DNA of 64,000 bases from an uncultured delta proteobacterium (lineage in GTDB: Bacteria; Myxococcota; Myxococcia; Myxococcales; UBA5297), in assembly GCA_963772225.1 (NCBI GenBank), contig CAVYWD010000009.1, forward strand, positions 153,063 through 217,062, given 5' to 3'. Position 1 is the stretch's first letter. Each line of letters opens with the position of its first letter. The position numbers were made by a program, and so were the translations under genes. The notes under the pieces were generated by a model. It was given only the letters and a program-made list of their open reading frames with translations, was not told the origin of the DNA and ran no database searches. Shown in pieces: positions 20,505 to 30,430 of the stretch.

Positions 20505-21025
20505 GCGCTCTCCGGCCGGAGCCGCTTCGAGACCTCGGCCAACGCCCCGGCGCAGGCGCTTCAGCGCCGGCGCGGTTCGGTGCGGGACCTCTTGGACCTG
20601 ACCGAGTCGAACTCGACGCGCGTCGGCATGGGCTTCCCCGCCCATGTGCGCCAAGAGGCGCTCGACACCCGCGCGCTGCGGCCTACGAGCCCGCTCGGCC
20701 AGAACAAGGCCCTCGCGTTCGTCCTCTCCGGCATTTCCAAGGTCGCCGCGCTCCGGCAGCTCAAGCTCGGCTGGATCGCGGTGGGGGTCCCGAGGCATTC
20801 GCCGCCGAGGGAGGATGGACCGCCGTGCTCCGGGCATTCCGAGCGCGCGCCGAGCAGGACTGGGCGACGATGTTGGTTGAAGAACACGGCGTCTTGGTCC
20901 ACCTTGGGTTCTTCTACGACTTCCCGCGCGAGGGCTATCTCGCGGTCAGCCTCATCGTCGAGCCTGCAACCTTTCAGGAGGCGATCCGCCGGCTGTCCTC
21001 GGTGCTGAGCCGCGCCGTGAGCTGA
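20505..21025 (+). pseudogene. Class I/II PLP-dependent aminotransferase with large internal deletions
   Basis: N-terminal LLDLTESNST joins directly to FVLSGISKVAALRQLKLGWI (Lys motif), then after a frameshift to EGGWTAVL..HGVLVHLGFFYDF..VSLI. No start codon and no NNPTG/DEVF segments. Confidence 0.75.
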
Positions 21026-21046
21026 AGCGCGAGAGGAGACGCCCTT

Positions 21047-22144
21047 TTGTCCGACTCCCGGCTCCCCGTCGTCGTGTACGGCGCCGCAGGCTACGTCGGC
21101 GGGCTCGTCTGCGGCGAGCTCGACCGCCAGGGCATCGCCTTCGCGGTGGCGGGGCGGTCGCGGGAACGGCTCGAGCACCTGTCCTCGATGCTCTCCTCGC
21201 GCCCGCCGGTCTTCACTGCGCCGCTCGAGGACCTGTGGGCCATGCGCCGTGCAGCCGCGGCAGGGCGCGTCCTTTTGAGCTGCGCGGGCCCCTTCGCGTG
21301 GTACGGCAAGCCCGCGCAAGACGCGGCCATCGCCGAAGGCGCGCACTGGCTCGACACCTGCCGCGAGCCCTCCTTCCTGCTCGCGACCCGGGAGCGGAGC
21401 CGCGAGGCCGAAGCGCGAGGCTTGGCCATGGTCAACGCCGTGGGGCTGGCGATCGTCCCCTCCGACGCCGCGGCGGCGCTCGCGGCCGAGGGCCTGGGCG
21501 AAGTGGAGGAGATGCGCATCGCGGTCGCGTCGACCGGCAGCCCGACGCGGGGAACGGCGCGCTCGATGCTCGAGGTTGCCGCGGGCGGGGGCCTCGCCTG
21601 CCGCGACGGCCGCCTGGTGCCGGAGCCGCTCGCCAGCCACGAGTGGCGCCTCGACCTGCCGCCGCCCTTCGGCCCGTCGCTCTGTCTCTCCTTCCCGCTC
21701 GCCGACCTCGCAGCCGCCCCGTGCAGCTCGCGGGCGAGGAGCGTCAGCACGTTCCATCGGGCGCCGAGCTGGCTTTCGGCGTTGGGCCGCTACGGCGGCG
21801 CCGTGCAGCGCTGCGGCGCGGCGCTCGCCCGCCCCGAGCTCGTGCGCGCGCTGGCGAGGGAGGCTCTCACCGCCATGCCCGACGGCCCCACCGACGAGGA
21901 GCGGCGGCGCGCGGCCTTCTCGGTCGTGGCGCAGGCCGCGTCGAAGGCGGGTGAGCGCAGAGCGGTATGGGTCGCCGGCGGCGACGGCTACGAGCTCACG
22001 GCCGCCTCGGCGGTGCTCTGCCTGAAGCTCCTGCTCGCTCCCGGCTTCGCCAAGGCGGGCGCCCTGAGCCCCGCGCAGGCATTCGGCGCGCGCGAGCTCC
22101 TCGAGGGGCTCGCGCCGTATGGCGTGAGGTTTGGAGAATGGTAA
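21047..22144 (+). CDS. Saccharopine dehydrogenase-like NAD(P)-binding oxidoreductase
   Basis: VVYGAAGYVG, AVAGRS, SCAGPF..G, VPSD, GTARS, DGYELTA and GALSPAQAFG. Confidence 0.85.
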   Translation: MSDSRLPVVVYGAAGYVGGLVCGELDRQGIAFAVAGRSRERLEHLSSMLSSRPPVFTAPLEDLWAMRRAAAAGRVLLSCAGPFAWYGKPAQDAAIAEGAHWLDTCREPSFLLATRERSREAEARGLAMVNAVGLAIVPSDAAAALAAEGLGEVEEMRIAVASTGSPTRGTARSMLEVAAGGGLACRDGRLVPEPLASHEWRLDLPPPFGPSLCLSFPLADLAAAPCSSRARSVSTFHRAPSWLSALGRYGGAVQRCGAALARPELVRALAREALTAMPDGPTDEERRRAAFSVVAQAASKAGERRAVWVAGGDGYELTAASAVLCLKLLLAPGFAKAGALSPAQAFGARELLEGLAPYGVRFGEW

Positions 22145-22218
22145 GTATTTCCCGGCAGAGCCGGGGGACACCCGCTGCGCTGGGCCGCGGTGCAGGTTGC
22201 TGCGCCGGCTCCAAATAT

Positions 22219-22322
22219 GCCGAACACTTTGAAAGCCGTTGCGAGAGACGCAATTGCGTCACCGAGGCTTCCCGCCGCAGGCAGCCAATGCGTGTCGCAG
22301 CAGGCCTTTCAAACTGATTGGC
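22219..22322. repeat. 104-bp imperfect inverted-repeat element
   Basis: Left arm gccgaacactttgaaagccgttgcgagagacgcaattg versus reverse complement of right arm gccaatcagtttgaaaggcctgctgcgacacgcattg. Confidence 0.7.
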
Positions 22323-22325
22323 GCT

Positions 22326-23951
22326 CTAGTACACGCTCAGCTCAGCGATGGCCGGCGCGTCCTTCGCCGAATCGATGACCAGCGCGACGGCCTGGACGGT
22401 GCTCGGATTGAGCTGCCAAAGCTGGCGTTGACCGATGACGGTACCTTGAATCTTCGCACCCGACGCATCCGTGGGCGCCCTGTTCCAGCTGCCGTTTTGC
22501 TTGACCTCCACGTGATACTGCTTCACCTGCTGGCCGAGCTCGATGGCCTCGCGAATGCTGATGAGCTTGGCGGTGATGGGCGAAGCCGGCGTCACTTCGA
22601 GCCGCGCCGACGTCTGGCCGCTGGCCGCCGCCCAATAGGTACAGACGTCGTCGTCGACCGCCTTGGCTGCATCGAACCCGGAGCTCGCCCAGGTCGAATC
22701 CGCAGTGGCCGGCTGAGCCTTCAGGAGGTTGCTTTTGTAGAGTCCGGCGTACCACTCCCCGAACTGCTGCAGCAGAGTGGAATCCGCAGGGTCGAACTGC
22801 CCCGTCGTGGCCGGCGGAACGTTGAAGACGATCGTCGAATTCATGCCAACGGTCGTGAAGTAAATGGACTGCATGCTGGCCAACGACATGGGCTGTTGGT
22901 TCGGATGCCAGAACCAGTTCGGCATGCGATCGGACACATTGCATTCGTACGGGCACCACGCGTCTTGCCCGCCGCAGTTGCTGAGGTCGAGACTCGACGT
23001 CGTTCGCGCCGCCCGCCCGTTCTCGTTGCCGATCCATTGCAGGTCCGGGAGAGCGCCCGTCTTCGAGATCTCGGGGCCAGCCCAAACGAGGATATCGGGC
23101 TGCAGCTGCTTGGCGAGCGCAAAGATCGACTTCCAATTGACGTTCGAAGTGGGAGCATTGAAGCCGTCCAGCTCGAGCTCGTAGAAGGGGCCGTAATTGG
23201 TCAGGAGCTCGGTGAGCTGATTCTTGTAGTAAGTCTCATAATCGGGGCTCGAGCTTGGAAATTTCTGGTCCCAGGGAGCCAGGTAGAGGCCGACCCTCAT
23301 GTTGGCGGCGTGCATGGCCTGGGTGAAGAGCTTCATCACGTCCCCCTGGCCGCCCATCCAAGGGCTGCTCTTGATGGAGTAGTCCGTGTAGCTCGATGGC
23401 CAGATGCAGAATCCGGTGCTGTGCTTTGCAGTCAGCATCGCTTGGCGGAAGCCCGCGGCCTTGAGCTGACTCACCCAGCCCGCCACAGTGTCCGCGTCGA
23501 GATTCGTGGGATTGAACAGCGAAGGCACATCCACCGCGAGATTCCCCTGCTCCGTCCCGTCGAAAGTGGCCATCCCGAGGTGGATGAACGCCGTCAGCTC
23601 CAGGCGCTGGTAGGCCACTTGCTCCGGGCTTGGAAGGGGCGGCGTGCCGGGTGGGGCGCCAGACATGGCAGGACAGGTCTGAATGGCGCTCCATCCACCG
23701 GCGTCGGTCGCTCCGCCGTCGGTTGCTCCGCCGCCTCCAGCGTCTCGCCCGAAGGAGGCGTCCTCGCCCCCGTCGCCACCGGCATCCCTCACGTCCCAGC
23801 CGGAGTCTCTCGACTGGCTCGCGTCCACCGCCGCCGACGCGTCTGCGCTTCCTTGGCCCCCATCCCGTTCCGGGCCCGTGATGTAGCCAGGCCCGCAGGC
23901 GATGCCGAGCAGCAACGGTGCGGCGATGAAATAGCCAGGCCCGCGGTTCAT
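22326..23951 (-). CDS. Alpha-L-fucosidase (GH29) lipoprotein with C-terminal F5/8 (CBM32-like) domain
   Basis: Signal LLLGIAC; FIHLGMATF, LTAKHSTGFCIWPS, GLYLAPWD, QLTELLTNYG, LDG, WIGNENG, WFWHP, NVPP and AVDDD..TYWAA. Confidence 0.9.
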   Translation of the reverse strand: MNRGPGYFIAAPLLLGIACGPGYITGPERDGGQGSADASAAVDASQSRDSGWDVRDAGGDGGEDASFGRDAGGGGATDGGATDAGGWSAIQTCPAMSGAPPGTPPLPSPEQVAYQRLELTAFIHLGMATFDGTEQGNLAVDVPSLFNPTNLDADTVAGWVSQLKAAGFRQAMLTAKHSTGFCIWPSSYTDYSIKSSPWMGGQGDVMKLFTQAMHAANMRVGLYLAPWDQKFPSSSPDYETYYKNQLTELLTNYGPFYELELDGFNAPTSNVNWKSIFALAKQLQPDILVWAGPEISKTGALPDLQWIGNENGRAARTTSSLDLSNCGGQDAWCPYECNVSDRMPNWFWHPNQQPMSLASMQSIYFTTVGMNSTIVFNVPPATTGQFDPADSTLLQQFGEWYAGLYKSNLLKAQPATADSTWASSGFDAAKAVDDDVCTYWAAASGQTSARLEVTPASPITAKLISIREAIELGQQVKQYHVEVKQNGSWNRAPTDASGAKIQGTVIGQRQLWQLNPSTVQAVALVIDSAKDAPAIAELSVY

Positions 23952-24329
23952 TTTCCCTCTCTGTCCCTTTTTCGAGCGCGACGATGAAGAGCCGAGGAGC
24001 CCTGCGCGATCGGTACCTGATTGCACCGCAGGAGCAGCTGTACCCAAAACCAGGCGCGCCCGCGTGGCCCGCCAACTCCACACAGAATGGGCGTTGCGAC
24101 CTGCTTGGGGCGCCGAAGGCATATCGCGACATTTGGTCTGAGAGCCGCCGAGCGACATTCGGGTCAGAGAAGTCGGCGCCCCACCTCGGGCGAAGCGCCG
24201 CGGGCACGCGCTTCGCCGACGCCGAGGACCAAGGCGACACGTTTATGACCCTCTTCAGGACCCGCCGCACTCCATTTCGCCATGCAATCCGCACCCCGCA
24301 GGCTCTCGGCCCTGACCGCGCCCAGCACG

Positions 24330-24698
24330 ATCGTTGCCAACGACGAGGTGAAGACCGCGGGTGCCCCCGCGCAGATCAAGCTGTCGGCGGATCGGACGAG
24401 CATCCAAGCCGACGGACGTGACATGGCTTTCCTCACGGCGGACATCCTCGATGCGAACGGCGTCTTCGTCCCCACTGGCAAGAGCAGCGTCACCTTCGGT
24501 GTCACAGGCCCCGGCCGCATCGAAGGCGTAGACAATGCCGATGCGGCGGACGTCACGAAATGCCAGTCGCCCATCCGAAGGGCGTTCAGCGGAAAGGTTC
24601 TGGCCATCGTGCGGTCGACCGGAGAGTCGGGGCGGATCATCGTGACCGCGACGTCGCCCGGGCTTGCACAAGGGTCGGCGATCCTCGACGCGAAGTGA
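24330..24698 (+). pseudogene. 3' remnant of a GH2 beta-galactosidase (C-terminal domain only)
   Basis: VKTAGAPAQIKLSADRTSIQADGRDMAF..GVDNAD..RRAFSGKVLAIVRST..GL; no catalytic domain upstream. Confidence 0.8.
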
Positions 24699-24811
24699 CC
24701 AGAAGCACTCGGCGCGCGAGAGCCGCTCGAAAGCCCCCGCCATTCAGGGTGAGGTTCGGCGACTGCTCAGGCGCCTACTGCCGCCAAGGGCCCGACCGCA
24801 TGCCTCCACCC

Positions 24812-24839
24812 AGGCGGAGTCCGGCCTTCGACTCCGCCT
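24812..24839. terminator. Hairpin downstream of the second acs
   Basis: 10-bp stem aggcggagtc / gactccgcct. Confidence 0.5.
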
Positions 24840-24860
24840 CGGCCGATCGTCAGTTGCGCT

Positions 24861-26822
24861 CTAGTCCGCGAGCGTCGACAAATCGCCCGGGTCCTCGCCC
24901 ATCTCGACGGCCTTGAGGTAGCGCCGGACGATCTTGCCTGACCGGGTCTTGGGCAGGGAGGTGCGAATCTCGATGTCGCTGGGCGTAGCGATGGGGCCCA
25001 GGTCCTGTCGCACGTGGTCCTTGAGCGAGCCCACGAGGCCCGCGCCCTGCGACACGCTGCCCTTGAGCACCACGAACGCCTTGATCCGCTCGCCCTTGAC
25101 GGGGTCCGGCAAGCCGACCACGGCGCTCTCGGCGACCGCCGGGTGCCGCAGGAGCGACGACTCCACGTCGGCGGTTCCGATGCGGTGTCCGGCCACGTTC
25201 ATCACATCGTCGGCGCGCCCGAGCACCGCGAAGTACCCGTCGGCGTCGCGCACCGCGATGTCGCCGGCAGTGTAGAAGCCGGGGATCTGCGCCCAGTACT
25301 TCTCGTAGCGCGCGGGGTCGTTCCAGACGGTGCGCAGCATGTACGGCAGCGGCTTGCGAATGACGAGTAGGCCGCCCGACCCGTCGGGCACGGGCTTGCC
25401 GGACTGATCGACCACGGCCACGTCCGCGCCAGGCATGGGCTTGCCCACCTTGCCCGGCCGCGCCTCGAACGTCGGCATCGTGCCCAGGACCGGCGCGGCG
25501 ATCTCCGTCTGCCACCAGTTGTCGACGACCATGCCGCCGGACTGGCCGACCAGGTGCTTCTGCGCCCAGTGGTGCGCCTCGGGGTTCAAGGGCTCGCCGG
25601 CGCAGGCGATGAGGCGCAGGCGCTTCAGGTCGTACTTGGCGGGCGCCTCGGAGCCGTGGCTCATCCACATGCGGACCGCCGTGGGCGCGGTAAACATGAC
25701 GTCCACACCGTAGCGCTCGCACAGCTCCCAGGTCACGTCCGGCGTCGGGTAGTCCGGCACACCCTCGCGGCAGAACACCGTGGCGCCGATGGAGAGCGGG
25801 CCGTAGACGATGAAGGAGTGGCCGACGATCCACCCGATGTCCGAGGTGGACCAGTAGATGTCCTTCTCGCGGATTTGGTAGAAGGCGCGCGCCAGGTACG
25901 TCGTGCCGACCAGGTAGCCGCCGGTCGAGTGCACCACGCCCTTGGGCTTTCCGGTGGTGCCCGAGGTGTAGAGGATGAAGAGCGGGTCCTCGGCGTCCAT
26001 GGGCTCCGGCGGGCAGTGGATGGCGCTCGCGTCCTGCACGTCGTAGAAGTCGTGCTCGCGCTCGGACTCGAAGGTGACCGGGTCGTCGCCGGGCCGCGAG
26101 CCGCGCCGGTGCACGATGACGTGCTCCACCGAGTAGAGGTCGCGCACCGCCTCGTCGATGGTCGGCTTCAGCGGAATCTTCTTGCCGCGCCGGTAGGTGA
26201 AGTCGCTGCAGATGATGACCTTGGCGCCCGAGTCCTCGATGCGGGTGCGCAGCGCCTGGGTGCCCATGCCGGCGAAGACCACCGAGTGGATGGCGCCGAT
26301 GCGCGCGCAGGCGAGCATGGCGATGATCCCCTCGGGCGTCAGGGGCATGTAGACCACCACCCGGTCGCCCTTGGCGACCCCCAGCTTCTTCAGCGCATTC
26401 GCGAAGCGGTTCACCTCGCGATAGAGCCGGTTATAGGTGTACGTGTGCTCCTCGCCGTCCTCGCCGACCCAGATCAGCGCCGCCTTCAGGCGCCGCTCGC
26501 CGAACACGTGCCGGTCGATGCAGTTGACGGTGGCGTTGAGCTTTCCGCCCACGAACCACTGGTGGCGCGGCGGATCGAAATGGCTCACCTCCTCGAACGG
26601 CTTCATCCAGTCGATGAGCTTGGCCTTCTCCCGCCAGAATCCGTCGGAGTCCTGCTCGGCATGGCGCCGCTCGACAGCGTCGTTGGCGACGTGAGCCTGG
26701 CGGGCCAGCCAGACCGGAGGCTGAATGTAGCGGTCGTCCCGCGACAGCGCGCTAATGGCCGCGCGCTGCGCCTCGGTGAGGTCGGGGATTCCCTTGCGGT
26801 CCGAAGGGGTCTCGTTGGCCAT
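24861..26822 (-). CDS. acs: Acetate/propionate--CoA ligase, second paralog
   Basis: YTSGTTGKPKG, DNWWQTE, GRADDVMNVAGHRIG and LPKTRSGKIVRR. Confidence 0.9.
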   Translation of the reverse strand: MANETPSDRKGIPDLTEAQRAAISALSRDDRYIQPPVWLARQAHVANDAVERRHAEQDSDGFWREKAKLIDWMKPFEEVSHFDPPRHQWFVGGKLNATVNCIDRHVFGERRLKAALIWVGEDGEEHTYTYNRLYREVNRFANALKKLGVAKGDRVVVYMPLTPEGIIAMLACARIGAIHSVVFAGMGTQALRTRIEDSGAKVIICSDFTYRRGKKIPLKPTIDEAVRDLYSVEHVIVHRRGSRPGDDPVTFESEREHDFYDVQDASAIHCPPEPMDAEDPLFILYTSGTTGKPKGVVHSTGGYLVGTTYLARAFYQIREKDIYWSTSDIGWIVGHSFIVYGPLSIGATVFCREGVPDYPTPDVTWELCERYGVDVMFTAPTAVRMWMSHGSEAPAKYDLKRLRLIACAGEPLNPEAHHWAQKHLVGQSGGMVVDNWWQTEIAAPVLGTMPTFEARPGKVGKPMPGADVAVVDQSGKPVPDGSGGLLVIRKPLPYMLRTVWNDPARYEKYWAQIPGFYTAGDIAVRDADGYFAVLGRADDVMNVAGHRIGTADVESSLLRHPAVAESAVVGLPDPVKGERIKAFVVLKGSVSQGAGLVGSLKDHVRQDLGPIATPSDIEIRTSLPKTRSGKIVRRYLKAVEMGEDPGDLSTLAD

Positions 26823-27059
26823 GAATCTCACCTCATCGCGCGCGGGCGCGCCGTGGAGCTTGAAGCCATAAGGGTCATGAAGGGTTCGCGATACTGCGGA
26901 TTAGCTATCGTAACCGAATCCTGGGATGGGCTGGCAAAGACAAAATGATGCCGCAGCGTGTCGCGCGTGCTCGCGGCGACGGCGCATCAATCCTGGCTCG
27001 GCTCGATATCGGCGGGGCCCCGCGGGAGTCATTCGCTACGCAAAGGACCGCTCCGCCAG

Positions 27060-27107
27060 CTCGAGGCTCCGCGCTGCCCCTCTCCCGGAACGGCGCGGAG
27101 CCTCGAG
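27060..27107. other. Perfect 15-bp stem hairpin between the heparinase-like gene and acs
   Basis: ctcgaggctccgcgc / gcgcggagcctcgag. Confidence 0.6.
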
Positions 27108-27256
27108 GTGGCTGCATCCTGCACCGGGGCGCCTTCGCCGTCGGTGAGCGGGGTCACGCTGGGAGTGCCGCCCGCGAAGCGGCCCGTCGCGGGCGGATTC
27201 CCGAGGCAAAATCAAGGCCTCTCGCTCGCCGCCCCGCGAGCGACGAGTGATGGCCA

Positions 27257-29329
27257 TCACGGCGGCTCGCTGAGGATCACGACCGCCACCTCGAAGCGCA
27301 GCGGCGCTCGGCCGGCCTGGTGGATCTCGACGCAGAGGCTCGGCCGGCGCTCCCCGTAGCCCCGCGAATACGACGACGGCGAAAGCCGCAGCTCGCCCTC
27401 GGCCCAGAAGAGCGCGGCGAGGGGCCGCTGCGCCGGGCCGATCTCCACGGCCCGCGGCGCATCCGGCAGAGCGAACCCGGCCTGCGCGAGCCGGGCCCGC
27501 TCGCTTTCGGCGCTCGGCCGCACGCGCGCGAGCTCGTCCCGGAGGTGGAACCGGGCCACCGCCCGGTGGGCGCCCTCCCCGGAGATCTCGTCGCGGATGA
27601 GGAAGAGCCTGGGCGCGCGCTCGAAGAGGACCTCGCGGCGGTGCACGGCCCTGGGCCGGTCGCGCGCGAAGCCCTGGTGCTCTCCTACGAACCGCTCGCG
27701 CGCGGGCCCCGACGTGAAGCCGAGCACGCGCGCCCGCGCCTCGTCCGGAAGCGCGAACAGCCGGCCCGCGGGGAGCCGGCTCTGCTCGCGCCCGTCGGCC
27801 TGCACTGTCGAGTGCGCCGCGGTGGACCGGAACCGGTCGCGCAGCTCGGGATCGCTCGAGTAGCAGAACGTCCCGCAGTCGACGATGACCGCCTCCTCGC
27901 CCGCGTAGACCTCCACCGAGAGCTTGTCGTTGTGGCTGTGGCCGCCCACGCCGGACTGGCCGTTGGGCCCGCACGAGACCGCGCAGTAGGCTCCGGGGCC
28001 GCGCAGGAAGAAGAGGCCGGCTTTGGCGAGAGCCCCGGAGCGCGCCGGCCCCGACCACGGCAGGCGCTCCCAGCGCGCGAGCCCGGCCGGTCCCATCAGC
28101 CAGAGCGATTCGTCGCAGTAGGTCGAGCCCTCGGGCTTCAGCTCGGGGTCCTGGAACAGCGCCGCGCCCAGCGGGAGAAGGTAGCCGTGGTCGAGAGGGG
28201 CCCGCGGGCAGAGCGGGAGCGCCCGGCCCGAGTCGTTGTCCCCCAGCTGCGGCGCCGCCCCGCCGGGCGCGAGGTAGGTCCGCACCGCCCGATACATGTC
28301 GTGCAGGCGCGCGCGGTAGTCGTCGCCCAGGTCGATGCCCCCGGCGTGGGCGGCGAACAGCGCCAGCGTGAAGAGCTCGACCGAGAGGCGGTGGTACGAC
28401 GTCGAGCCCTCGAAGGAGAAGCCGTCGCCCAGGACCTGCCGGTTTATCTCCCGGCGCAGGCCGTCGGCGGCGGCGGCGCGCCAGGCGCGCGCCTCGCTCA
28501 GCTCGGGGAAGATGACGCCGACGTGGAGCAGCCCCACCAGGTTCGCCACGTAATGGTTGTTCGGCGCCGCGCCGGTGTGCTCGAGGTGCGCGCGGACGAA
28601 GTTGCCGTGCGAGACGATGGCCGAGGCGAAGTCGAGCGCGAAGGCGCCATCCTGCAATTCGGGGCGGTGGCGCATCATGAGGAACGCCAGGCTCAAGTTC
28701 GCCGCCCGGAGCGCTACCTCCATGGAGCAGGCCCACTGGATGCCGGCGCCGGGCGGGTTCTCCCGATGGAACTGGCGCACCTGGAGCGCGAACTCGTGCG
28801 CGAAGCGCGCCCGGTCCTCTTCGGAGGGCGAGAGCCACACGCCCTGGGCGAGGGCGACGGCGTGCTCGAAGCGGCCCAGCGCCCACGGCGCTTTCGGGTC
28901 GAGCCCCGGCGCGCCGGGGCCCTCCTCGAAGCGTTGCTGATGAAGCGCGTCCAGCTTCCAGTCGACCCCGCCCGGGCCTCGAGGGAACTGCACCCGCCGA
29001 CCGAAGACGTCGAAAGTCCGCTGGGCGGCCCGCTGGGCGCTCGCGAGCGCACGGGGAGCTGCGCCTTCCACGCGCCCTGCGGCCGCGGCGAGCCCCGCTC
29101 GGCGCGAGGCGTCGGCCCACAGGAGGCTCGCCCTCGGCGCCGCGAGCTTGAGCGCCAGGTCTCGCGCATCCGAGGCGCAGAATGTCTCCAAGAGCTCCGC
29201 CTCGCTCGGAGGGGCGACGGGCCGAGCGAGACGTCCGGCGCGCTGTGCGAGCCGCCGCGCCCCCGCCCGCGCGAGGTCTCCCGCCGGAACCGTCGAGGCG
29301 AGGTACAGGTAATAGTCCAAAGGCTGCAC
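27257..29329 (-). CDS. Heparinase II/III family (alginate lyase-like) protein
   Basis: PWALGRF, GIQWACSMEVALR, NNHYVAN, EGSTSYH, GDNDSGR, GGHSHNDKLS, DCGTFCY and FRSTAAHST. GTG start inferred. Confidence 0.88.
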   Translation of the reverse strand: MQPLDYYLYLASTVPAGDLARAGARRLAQRAGRLARPVAPPSEAELLETFCASDARDLALKLAAPRASLLWADASRRAGLAAAAGRVEGAAPRALASAQRAAQRTFDVFGRRVQFPRGPGGVDWKLDALHQQRFEEGPGAPGLDPKAPWALGRFEHAVALAQGVWLSPSEEDRARFAHEFALQVRQFHRENPPGAGIQWACSMEVALRAANLSLAFLMMRHRPELQDGAFALDFASAIVSHGNFVRAHLEHTGAAPNNHYVANLVGLLHVGVIFPELSEARAWRAAAADGLRREINRQVLGDGFSFEGSTSYHRLSVELFTLALFAAHAGGIDLGDDYRARLHDMYRAVRTYLAPGGAAPQLGDNDSGRALPLCPRAPLDHGYLLPLGAALFQDPELKPEGSTYCDESLWLMGPAGLARWERLPWSGPARSGALAKAGLFFLRGPGAYCAVSCGPNGQSGVGGHSHNDKLSVEVYAGEEAVIVDCGTFCYSSDPELRDRFRSTAAHSTVQADGREQSRLPAGRLFALPDEARARVLGFTSGPARERFVGEHQGFARDRPRAVHRREVLFERAPRLFLIRDEISGEGAHRAVARFHLRDELARVRPSAESERARLAQAGFALPDAPRAVEIGPAQRPLAALFWAEGELRLSPSSYSRGYGERRPSLCVEIHQAGRAPLRFEVAVVILSEPP

Positions 29330-29390
29330 GCCGGCGCAGCTCCTGACGCGGAGGCACTCCGAGAGCCGGCCCCCGATTCGAACGGAATTC

Positions 29391-29406
29391 GCAAGGCCCG
29401 TGCCTT
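29391..29406 (-). promoter_or_regulatory. Sigma54 (-24/-12) promoter of the heparinase-like gene
   Basis: AGGCAC-gggcc-TTGC on the minus strand, ~60 nt upstream of the GTG. Confidence 0.6.
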
Positions 29407-29715
29407 GGCTCGCGCCCCCGTTCCTCACTGTGAAGCGACAGTCTGGGGTCAGCCCATGGGTTCGCGGAGTGGGAACGTGAATTCCGCTCCGAGACCGCCG
29501 AGACCACTCCTGAGGGGGAAGGTCGGCGTCAATCCCAAGGGGGACCATTCGCCGGGGCTGCGCGCAATGGGGCCCCACCCTTCGCCGACGGATTCGGTGC
29601 CTATCGCTCGCGAATCGGAGCGGGTCGAACCATCGACCCTCGACTATCAATTATTGACGCGAGGGCTGCGCGGCAAAGTCTTCAACATGCCGGGTCGGTC
29701 GGAGGCGCAGCCTCT

Positions 29716-30297
29716 CTACACCTGCGACCGGCCGAGCCACTTCTCCGCGGGGGTCGGGCGGAAGTCGCGCAGCCGGCCCAAGAGCGCCTTCGGCTCGCGC
29801 TCGACCAGGATGAGGCCGCGGTGCCCCGCGCTCAAGAAGCCCTTGGAGACCGAGTGGTCCAGAAAGGAGAGGAACGGCGCCCAGTATCCGCCCAGGTCGA
29901 GCATCCCGAGCGGCTTCTCGTGAATGCCGAGCTGAGCCCAGGTGACCACCTCGCAGAACTCGTCCAGGGTGCCCATCCCCCCGGGCAGCGCGACGAACGC
30001 GTCGGCCAGGTCGGCCATCAGCGCCTTGCGCTCGTGCATGGTGCGCACGACGTGCTTCTGCGTGAGGCCGCCGTGGCCGAGCTCCTTCGCCTCCAGGCCC
30101 TGCGTGATGACGCCGACGACCTGGCCCCCCGCGCCAAGCGCCGCGTCGGCGATGTCCCCCATGAGGCCGCTGGCCCCGCCGCCGTAGACCAGCGCGAGCC
30201 CCGCCTCCGCCAGGGCGGCGCCCATCGCCCGGGCGCCGGCGCGCATGGCAGGGTCCAGGCCCGGGCTCGAGCCGAGAAAAACGCACACGCTCTGCAT
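29716..30297 (-). CDS. LOG family nucleotide phosphoribohydrolase (TIGR00730-type)
   Basis: LVYGGG..GLMG, MHERKALM and LPGGMGTLDE. Confidence 0.92.
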   Translation of the reverse strand: MQSVCVFLGSSPGLDPAMRAGARAMGAALAEAGLALVYGGGASGLMGDIADAALGAGGQVVGVITQGLEAKELGHGGLTQKHVVRTMHERKALMADLADAFVALPGGMGTLDEFCEVVTWAQLGIHEKPLGMLDLGGYWAPFLSFLDHSVSKGFLSAGHRGLILVEREPKALLGRLRDFRPTPAEKWLGRSQV

Positions 30298-30430
30298 CGA
30301 AAACCTCCACCAAGGGGCTGGCTATCCAACACGGGCCGCCGCCGATTCGCAATCGCGCAGAGGCGGGTTCTTGCATCTCCGTCCGCGCCTTGCCCGGCCC
30401 GGAGCGCCGGGCGTAGCGTCGAAGCCGGCC

